From the human T2T-CHM13v2.0 reference genome, Homo sapiens, in assembly GCF_009914755.1 (NCBI RefSeq), contig NC_060942.1: a stretch of DNA of 64,000 bases. One strand, given 5' to 3'. Shown piece by piece: positions 54,196 to 64,000 of this stretch. The notes under the pieces are model-generated. The model was not told where the DNA came from. It ran no database searches and worked only from the letters and a program-made list of their open reading frames with translations. Made by a program: the position numbers and the translations under genes. Each line of letters starts with the position of its first letter. Positions within the stretch are counted from its first letter, which is position 1.

Positions 54196-57100
54196 CATGG
54201 ACATGTATGTTATGTGCACGTCTTCCTTTCATGTATTGACTACAGTCACTCTATAAGCTTATATTCTCAATAAGGCGAAGTTTGGCATTTTTCTATTTAA
54301 AGAAATGTTTGCACATCAATGATAATCTGAGAATGAATAGGTTGTATTTAAGATATCAGATAACCAACTCATATAACTTTCACTGTATTTTACATTTTTT
54401 GTAAAAGCAAATATTAACATTTTGCATATTTTGCATATGTATTTATTTACATTTATACAGACAATAAATACATAAACCCTATTTCTTCTCATTGCTGCCA
54501 CATAAACAAGCTTTTGTGAAACAATTTCCTTAACTCTGAAAGCCTATTTTACCTTCATACAGGAAAATCCTGGGACCCTAAGTTCCTTCAATAATTCTAG
54601 CTAAATCAATAATTTAGCTTTTGTATAACTAAATTATTCATGTAATTTGTATTTCATCATATCTTTTCTAATAAAAAATAGAAAGGATCTGTGCATAGGA
54701 AGAAACTTTTTTATATATTTATTTCCAAAACTTCTTGTGTTGCTTATTCAGTCCAAGACTTAAGAAGTATGGAAAGTTTAAAAGCCAAATCTCATCCCCA
54801 AACTGTTACTTAATGCTCTATTTCAGCCTCTTTTGGCAAACTTTTATGTACCTACCAAAGGAACCCTGTAAACTGCTTCAGGAGGCCCACATGGCAGCTT
54901 GAGAAGTCCTCAACTCTTGCTTTCACCCCACCTATTTCTCAGTTGCTTCCTTCACTAGCATTGGCTCCCTATCTATACCCCTATTTTGTAGTTCCTTCCT
55001 TTTTCAAGATGTTTTTAGAATGCTAAACACAGCCTGGAATAGTCACCTCTGGGTAGTCCCAGCATTTTCTAATCTGCTCACTCCTTGTGATAACGAACTC
55101 TGTCCTGCAACCTTCCCCTTGATCTAAGCTCTATTTCCTTATTTTTATGAAAATGAAAACATTAAGCTGAGAAGGCAACACGTTAAATACTTCTAGAAAT
55201 GAAGAATTAAGCATCATGGTAGAAATATTTCTCCTGAGCACTTAGTCTTATGTTTTGCCCCCACCCAACACAGAAAGATGCCCTTTCTTCTAAAAGGAAT
55301 AGATTAGAAGATACTGTCCTCACCAGTACGTACATGTACCATAAAGACAATTGGCCGAGAAGCTGGAATTCTCCTGCTTATCGTACAGAGAACAATTGGA
55401 TGTGGGAAGGGTGCTGCACCACTGTGCAAATGGGGAAACTACCTCAATTAGTTAAATATTAGGTAACATTTTACAGAGCAAACAAAAAGCAAATATTAGG
55501 CATCTAGTTGACAAAGATTTGACATCTAAATTGAATGCAAAAAAATTAAAGGAAAAATAGTGTCATCATAGTGCATAAAAACTTAGGACAAGAACAGTGC
55601 AGGGTGTGCAGGAACAAATTAGCAACACATTCTCTGGACAGACACATAAATTCACGATAGGATAAAACAAAGACAATTACCTTAGCCACATATGGCTAAG
55701 TATTTTTGCCAATTGCTCAGCATTGAACGCATGTGATTATTACACATTTGCCAAGATTGGATTACAGAATCTACTTCATTTAGCTTAAACAGAAAGGGTC
55801 TTGTTAGAGGCTATTTGTTGGCTGACAGTTTTTGAAAGGGCCAGGAAATCAAACTCTGTGATACACAGCCAGGAGAACTGTCCAAACTTACCATAAATTT
55901 TTAAGCAGAAATAATTTCAGCCACAGCAAACCACTGGCCATTCAAAAAGCCAGGGGCCAGATACCAGAGAGCCAGCATCCCTGCTAAAGTTCTCCAAAAA
56001 GAGCGATAATCTTCACAATGAATATTGCTACCAGAGCTGAGAGCACACTCTGCCATCATTCCAAATGTCACTTCTTCCTTGGAAATAGAGGCTGCTGCTT
56101 GGCTCCACTCTTGTGGCAAGGAACCCTGGGAACCTAACATTTTGATTCTACCTAAGGAAGGTATAATTCACAATGTGGAGAATTAGCAAATTGAGGTTTT
56201 GGACAGGCATGTTTAACAGATGGTGACTATAATATATTTTTTTATTTTTTGCATATGATTAGGCTTAAGCTAGATTGGAGTAAAATACGCATTGTTCTCA
56301 CTCTTGATCACAACGCTTTCACTCCCAATTAACTGAAATGTAATCTTCATGAAGTCTAACAAACTTTACATACATGATGCAGTTAAATGATATACAAGAC
56401 CTTAATTTTGATCTAAAATTTAGGCATACTGACTTGGAAAGCAAAATAAACAATATCGGTCAGAGAAAGTACAGTTAATAAGGCTATTTCTATCTAGATG
56501 AGCTAATTTTTACATTAGGAGTAGTTCTATTTGAAAGTGGAAGCAAGCAGTCCTTAAGAAGTGGATTCTCCCATGTTCTAAATAAAACATACACACACGT
56601 GTAGTACGGATGTGTATGTGTGTGTGTGTGTGTATGTATAATCATGTACATGTGGAAATATTACCACAAACCAAGGTTGACAGTCAAGCTATTTTCAGAA
56701 TCTGAAATGAATATCCATTAACTTTCTGGCCAGTATTACTGAATTGAAAAATTGTGACACTCATAGGTCCTATCTCATGAAAGAAAAGATTTTCTACCAA
56801 ACTTGATGAAGGTGTAAGTGCATTTTGTTGTTGTCTCTTCCTTTAGGTCCCTTCCCATTCTAACACCCACATATTTAGGGTCTCTGCTATCCAGAATTTG
56901 TGACAAGCAAGTAAGCAAAGATAATTAGTAGCAGTTTCTTTATTGCTTGATATTGTTTTCTCATTCTCCCCTTCAACCTTCCTATAACTTTACACCCTTA
57001 TATACACATACACACACACACGTACATACACATACACATTTAAATCTACATTCCACTTCTATGTACTCATTTTGCAATTGCCAAGCCTTATTAAATGCAG

Positions 57101-57859
57101 TGCTCGCTCTACTCTGCACCTGGATAACAGTCGGTGAAAGTGGACTAAAAATAAGCAGCACCTACTCTCTTGCTCTGGTAGGAAGTATTAACATACTGTG
57201 TGGGTCTACACAGTCTCATTGCTTCAAATGCCATCTGCATGCTGATGACCCTGGGAAGAAAAGAGCAAACATCAGCTCTGTAGCTACTGCCCTTCCTCGT
57301 GGCACAGAGGAGGCAATGCTGACCTTGAAAAATTCTAAGTATAAACATGGCATTGGGATTTATCCCAGAAAGATATCTGCAAAAGTTCTTATCTAAGAAT
57401 GTTTGTCTGTACTGATCATTGAAAATACTTGGAACTTATAGACTTAAAGAACAGAGCTGGCTGGAGAATGCAAGTTAGCCAGATAGACTATCTACCTATG
57501 TGAGTAATAAAGTATGGAAACCAAGAAAACTCAAACTAAAACTACTTTCTCCAAGTGAAATTGTCGCAGACACATATTGCAATCTGTTTCTCCAAAATCA
57601 AAACTCATTCCAGGGTGGGAATGAGTCTGGTTTTGCTTTGTTTGGCATTGTGTTGTTTTGTTTTATTTCATTTTGGAAGCTGTATCTGTTGGCTTTGAGG
57701 CTATTTGAAAGACTAATGTTGTAAGGCTGAAATGTCCCTACATTTTGTTTATATCTTTCACTAATCATTGGGGAAGTTTGATGCTGAGCAAGATCCATTA
57801 TCCTTGTGCATCTGCTTTGACAATCCAGCCATCTGTGGTACTACAACAACCCAATAACA

Positions 57860-58420
57860 CTATCCCAGATCTCATCCCTGAATTTGAGGTTTTCCGTCCA
57901 ATGTATTACGTCTATGCTGATGTATTAGAAACATCTAAAGCTCAAAATCCTAAAATCTAGCTTATTTTTGCATAGCTTGAAAAGTTCGTCTCCTAACTTT
58001 CTATATTTCAAAAGTTGTAAACACCCTTCTGGTCCAGCTGCCTAAAACAAAGCTATGGAGACATCTTTGACTCTTCTCTCTATATATTCAAATCCTTTTC
58101 AAGGGGTTGTCTTTTCCTCAGAAATCTAGCAAATATCTATTGAGTTCATAAAACTTTTTTGATGACAATTCTACTCCAAGTCACTATTATCTTTGAACAG
58201 ATTAGAGGATTTGCCTCTTACAGGGGCTCTCTTCTTCAATTCTAAATGGCAGCCACAATGTCTCTTAAGGAAATTAGAGCATGTCATATTTCATTCATTA
58301 ATTCAATTATTACCTATTCAAATCTCAAGACTTTTTCCTTATGCAGAATAAATCTAAATGCACAACAAGTTCTGAACTTACTTATCTGTTGACTTTCTCC
58401 CTCAGTTACTTAATTCCAGG
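57860..58420 (+). mobile_element. L2 fragment
   Basis: CCCAGATCTCATCCCTGAA, CATCTTTGACTCTTCTCTC, AGAGCATGTCA motifs; weak. Confidence 0.5.
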
Positions 58421-58899
58421 TAAATGTATTGTACATGATTGTTGCACGATATTAGTAAAATGGATTACATGCCAATTGATTAAATGTTCCTATACAACAT
58501 GCTATCAAATACACATTGTAGGATAGTGTGCTAGATATTAAAATGAAAAAATAAAGCCAAAATGTAATATTTTTTGTCCCTGCATTTGAAATATTCCAAT
58601 ATTAATCTGGAAACATACATAAAATAGAAAATTAAAACAAAGTTTTCTAATAATATGAGGAAAGTTTTTTCTACAAAATATATTGCCTTTCAAGGAAGTA
58701 CATTAAATTCTACAGTACAATGTTATATCTTGCATATATAAAAGTTGGGTAATTTAAATACTCTGATACTAGAAGAAAGACCATAGAAAATTATACCTTT
58801 ATTTAGGATCCGTGTTTAATAAACTATAATAGAAAAAACTAAGTCTTTAGAAAAGAAGTAACCTAGATGCATACATCAAATATAATTCTATAAAGATTC

Positions 58900-59990
58900 A
58901 TTGTTTATATTTTTAGAAGACTGGTAAATATGTATATATTACTTAAAAATATATGTAGGTACATTATTAAAGACATAAATCTTTAAAAACTTGATAATTT
59001 AATTAAATAGAAAAATAAAACACATGCACGTATGTCCTATATTAAGTTCAAAATCAAATAACATGTTGCAAATACATTCACAATATATAAGAGGGTTATA
59101 GTCTCAAAAATAAAGCATTTATACAAATAAATGAAAATAATAAAATGCTCTATCCCACCAGAAAAAAAAATTGGCAAAGTTTATAGATAACTAATTCACA
59201 ATATAAAAATACTACTAGCTGTTTTAATCATACAAAATTATTCAAAATCACATATAATTAAAGGACACAATATTAAAACAATTTTATCACTATCCACATT
59301 GTAAAATATTAATACTATTTAGTATCATTAGAAGTATGTACACATATTATTAGAGAAGTTTAAATCAGTTTTCATTTGCAGGAACACTATGTTATAATAT
59401 ATATCAAATACTTAAAACTTGCATATCCTTGGGCTCAGTAACTCTAGACATTGGAACTTTTTACAAGAAAATAGTAAACATGTCTTTTCCTGGGAATATA
59501 ACCCAAATACAATTCTATAGGATTCTACCTGAGGGTATCACTGGATACTCCTTGGTTTAGGGACTGGGACTTGAGTCTAGCAAGGTGGATATCATGGGGA
59601 GAGTGGAACGATATAGTGCAGTGGATGCTCATAGTGAGAGGGGAAGATTATGGTAAGCAGCAATGGAAATGAGCTACCTTAGCAACATATATGTGTCTTA
59701 AAAACACATTGTCAAGTGAAAAAAGAATGAGACATATAGCACAGTTTTCATAAATACAAAGTATATGCACAGTCTCAAAACATTTTACTAAAATATGTAC
59801 ACATAAAAGGAAGTACAGTAAACATATTTAGTGACTTTCTATAAGGGGAGTGGGAGTGGTGGAAGAAAAACTGGTGGGCCACAGGGACACTGGGAAATAA
59901 TGATAGCCAAAGGGACCTTAATGGGGATTATGTGATAATGGGCAGTGGACTGATACGTACAATTAACTCAAGGCTCTGCATCTGCTTTTT
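58900..59990 (+). mobile_element. Old L1M 3' fragments
   Basis: A-rich, TTGGCAAAGTTTATAGATAACTAATTCACA and GCATATCCTTGGGCTCAGTAA motifs. Boundaries approximate. Confidence 0.5.
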
Positions 59991-60195
59991 AAGAAAATAC
60001 ATGTAATAACTAGATATGACCAGACATGCATTTACAAAGATAAGATGGAAAACCTATTATGCATTATATTGCAGAATACTGGATTGCACATGTTAAAATA
60101 TGAACAGCAATATGTATTCTTAAGCATTAAAATAATGATGTGAGAAAGATTTACTGAAAAACATTATTAAAATAACCAGACAAAAATCATATGAT

Positions 60196-60301
60196 GTGGT
60201 CACTTCGGAAGCACATATATTAAAATCGTAATGATACAGAGAAGATTAGCATGGCCTCTGCACAAGGATGACACGCACGTTTGTGAAGTTTTCCTATTTT
60301 T
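60196..60301 (+). pseudogene. Full-length U6 snRNA retropseudogene (5' part of a U6-L1 chimera)
   Basis: GTGGTCACTTCGGAAGCACATATATTAAAATCGTAATGATACAGAGAAGATTAGCATGGCCTCTGCACAAGGATGACACGCAC...TTCCTATTTTT aligns over the whole of U6, including the ACAGAGA box. Confidence 0.95.
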
Positions 60302-61920
60302 CAATATCGCGAAAATGACCATAGTGCCCAAAGTAATTTATGGATGTAATGTTATTCCTATTAAACTACCATTTACATTCTTCACAAAAGTAGAAAAAAA
60401 ACTATTTTAAAATTCATATGGAACCAATAAGAGTCCATATAGCCAAGACAATCCTAAGCAAAAAGAACAAAGTTGGAGGCATCACCCTACCATACTTCAA
60501 ACTATATTATAAGGCTACAGTAACAAAAACAGCGTGATACTGGTACAAAAACAGACACAAAGACAAACAGAACAGAATACAGAACTCAGAAATAAGATTG
60601 CACATCCACAATCATCTCATCTTCAACAAGCCTGACAAAAACAAGCAATGGGGAAATGATTCCCTATTCAACAAATGGTGCTGGGATAACTGCCTATCTA
60701 TTTGCAGAATATTGAAACTGGACCCCTTCCTCACAACTTATACAAAAATTAACTCAAGGTGGATTAAATACTTAAATGTAAAACCCCAAACTATAAAAAT
60801 CCTAGAATAAAATATAGGCAATACCATTCAGGACACAGGCATGGGCAAAGATTTCATGATGAAATCGTCAATAGCAATTGCAAAAAAAAGCAAAAATTGA
60901 CAAATGGGATCTAGTTAAACTAAAGAGCTTCTGCACAGCAAAATAAACTATCATCAGAGTGAGCAGGCAACCTACAGAGTGGGAGAAAATCTTTGCAATC
61001 TATCCATCCGACAAAGGTCTAATATCCAGAATCTACAAAGAACTCAAACAAATTTACAAGAAATAAACAAACAACCCCTTTAAAAAGTGGGTGAAAGACA
61101 TGAACAGACACTTCTCAAAAGAAGACATTCATGCAACCAACAAACATATGAGAAAAGCTCAACATCACTGATCATTAGAGAAAAGCAAATCCAAATCACA
61201 ATGGGATACCATCTCATGCCACTCAGAATGGCCATTAATAAAAAGTCAAGAAACAACAGATGCTGGCAAGGCTGTGGAGAAATAGGAACACTTTTACAAT
61301 GTTGGTGGAAATGTAAATTAGTTCAACCATTGTGGAAGACAGTGTGACAATTTCTCGAAGAGCTAGAACTAGAAATACCATTTTACCCAGCAATCTCATT
61401 AATGGGTATATACCCAAAGAAATATAAAGCATTCTATTACAAAGACACATGCACACGTATGTTCATTGCAGTACTAGTCACAATAGCAAGGACATAGAAT
61501 TAACCCAAATGCTCATCAATGATAGACTGGTTAAAGAAAATGTGGTACATATACACCATGGAATACTATGCAGCCATAAAAATAAATGAGACCATGTCCT
61601 TTTCATAGACATGGATAAAGCTGGAAGCCATCATCCTCGCAAACTAACACAGGAATAGAAAACCAAACACTGTATGTTCTCACTTATAAGTGGGAGCTAA
61701 AGGATGGGATCACATGGATATGGGAAGGGGAACAATCCTCACTATGGCTTGTTGTGGGGTGGAGTCGGGAGAAAGAGTATTAGAAAGGATAGCTAATGCA
61801 TGCTGGGCTTAACACCTGGGTGATGGGTCGACAGGTGCAGTAAACCACTGTGGCACACCTATGTAACAAACCTGCACATCCTGCACATGTACCCCAGAAC
61901 TAAAAATAATAATTTTTAAA
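60302..61920 (+). mobile_element. 5'-truncated L1PA (L1PA10-13-like), fused to U6
   Basis: ORF2 fragments ([22 protein letters not shown]) and 3' UTR GCTAATGCATGCTGGGCTTAA...ATGTAACAAACCTGCACATCCTGCACATGTACCCCAGAACT. Confidence 0.92.
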
Positions 61921-62485
61921 AGTTCTAAAAGATAACATAATAAAATATTGCAGAAAGCATGATGGCATTACTATAAAAATAATAAGAGATATAATGGCAA
62001 TCTATATATCAGAGTTTCCAAAATATCCTATTATTTTCCTTTTGGAGTTTTGGGATTGTGGAAGTGCCCTGTTTTCTACCATTGAATTATGGAAATTTGA
62101 AACATTTCACACCACATGCTACTCAGAGATTTATCATGCTAATGAGTTTTGTGACAAGATGTAGTAAGCAAAATTTTCCTACTTAGAATAAAATGTGTTT
62201 TTTGGTTTGTTTAATTTCCTCTGCTTTCTTATGGAATTAACTTTTAGTATAAGATATTTTGAATACTGTTTATATTGAACAAAATGCTAAAAATATGATA
62301 AATTGATTTTTCCATACTGTCTTCATTTAGCAAAAATATATACTTGTTACCAAATTCCTAAAATATATTACAGAACCATTAAATAATAAACTTGAGTTGC
62401 TTATGTATCTAAATAATTCTTGCCCAGCTCTAATAGAAAAGATGAATATTTTATTTCTCTGGAATAATCTAGTTTAATTTGCAAA

Positions 62486-62518
<33 letters not shown>

Positions 62519-62775
62519 CAAAAGAAAGAGGTTTAATGGACTTATAGTTCCACATGGCTGCAGAGGCCTCGCAATCAAGGCAGAAGACAAGGAGGAGCAA
62601 GTCACATCTTACATGTACAGCAGCAGGCAAAGAGAGAGCTTGTGCAGGGAAACTCCCCTTTTTAAAATGATCAGATCTCATGAGACTTACTTGCTATCCT
62701 AAGAACAGCATGGAAATATCCTGGCCCCACGATTCAGTTACTTCCTACCGGGTCCCTCCCACAACACATGGGAAA
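62486..62775 (-). mobile_element. THE1B-like LTR fragment ending in a poly(A) tail
   Basis: THE1 sequence at 62519-62775. The minus strand ends ATTAAACCTCTTTCTTTTG followed by A11(GAAAA)n instead of U5. Confidence 0.85.
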
Positions 62776-63191
62776 TCTCATGTATTATTTTCTTTACTTT
62801 TTTCCTGTCTCTTTCCTCTGAGTACCCTCTGTAGCATCTGAAATGGCTTAACTTATCCAATAACTAAACACATGGAAACTTCTGTCTGCCATACTTGGAC
62901 TACCTTTTATACATCAGTTATTTTTCTTTAAATTAGTCATTTTAAATTAGTATCAGCTACATAGCTTTCTTGAGATAATTACATTGTTTGCTTTCTTTAA
63001 GGCACTTAGGATAATGTCTGGAAAATGGAAAATGCCATAATAGTCTTCTACCACCAATGCTGTTTTGTCATTTTCTCTTCCATTAAAATCAAGACAAATT
63101 ATTGTCATATACTACATCCAACTCTACATATTTTATGTAGTTGAAATGCACTTAATTTTTAACCTAATTGAAAGTTCTAATTCCTTTGTAT

Positions 63192-64000
63192 TGAAGTGGG
63201 AAAGGTTCCCATGTCCCTGTCACAGGGCATGAGATGGGGGAGTGGTTCGCTTATTCAGTGCCCCGCTGCTCAAACCTCTAGGGGAACAAACCTCTAGGGG
63301 ACAGGTTGTGGGGCTGGGACCCCACGGCAGTGTCTAGGGGTGAATGTTTACAGCTCCTGAAGCCCCAGTGGGCATGTGTTACAGGGTGCTCTTTTAGTTT
63401 GCTGTCTATAGGCGGTTTGTGTTAACCAGCTCAATTAGACCCTCTTCCTTGTCGCAGGGACAGAAGGATTTCTGTATCCGGGGTTCTTGCCTTGGTGTAC
63501 CAGAAAAATCGTATCATACGTGGGCTTGGAGAATGAGTGCAAAGTTTTATTGAGTGGAAGTAGCTCTCCGGCGATGGGGGAGCCAGAAGGGAGATGGTTT
63601 TCTCCTGGAGTTGAGCCGCTCTACGGCCCCAGCTGTACTCCAACCGCCCTGGCCAAACTCCGTCTGGTCCTGCTGGCCAATGGCCTGCCAGCGTGCAGGC
63701 ATCTGTCAGTGTCCTATTCCACCAGCGTGCTCTGGGCGAGCTTCCTTGACATCCTCTCAGGCTTGTGTCTTCTTCCACTAATGCACTTATGCCTTCTTCC
63801 ACTAGTGCGCTCCTTTCGAAGTTTGCCACCTGTTTGTCTGCCCGCTAGTGTCTCAGGTTCTTAGAGGCCCAGGATGGGTGTGTGGTGGGCCAGGGTGGTC
63901 TTGGAAAATGCAACATTTGGGCGCAAAGGCAGGAATGTCTGTCCTCACCTAGGTCCGTGGGGGTGGAGCCCTAGCCAGGTACCTGCCTTTCTCTACCCAG
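63192..64000 (-). mobile_element. LTR1-family ERV1 LTR (runs off the window edge)
   Basis: GC-rich. Minus strand reads CTGGGTAGAGAAAGGCAGGTACCTGGCTAGGGCTCCACCCCCACGGACCTAGGTGAGGACAG and ends ...TTTCCCACTTCA. Confidence 0.8.

Noticed and set aside
56947-57396. 149-aa ORF, the longest in the window
   Set aside because: Non-ATG start, runs through a (CA)n tract (THTHTH), no recognisable domain and no splice support.
63431-63864. Overlapping 125-132-aa ORFs
   Set aside because: Inside the GC-rich LTR1, where stop codons are scarce.

Overview
AT-rich, repeat-dense hominoid (human-like) intergenic or deep-intronic DNA. I can support no intact protein-coding gene: the listed ORFs are transposon-derived or chance. 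Standard content is a near full-length, non-coding MER4-group ERV1 provirus on the minus strand (421-9254) with nested MST, two AluY and one SVA insertion, a full-length dead Hsmar1 mariner, and many L1, L2, MIR, MaLR and ERV LTR relics. Two groups of observations stand out. (1) Composite L1-machinery insertions: an L1PA with both a twin-priming 5' inversion and a ~90-bp 3' transduction inside one TSD, a U6 snRNA-L1 chimera, and a THE1 LTR fragment that ends in a poly(A) at its own polyadenylation site. (2) Locally templated rearrangements between 30 and 48 kb: a perfect 39-bp-arm hairpin, an interleaved inverted-repeat knot across an LTR junction, and two copies of nearby unique DNA inserted between short direct repeats. 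Repeat subfamily names are from recalled consensus sequences, not from a search. I found nothing I can defend as a new multi-gene system.
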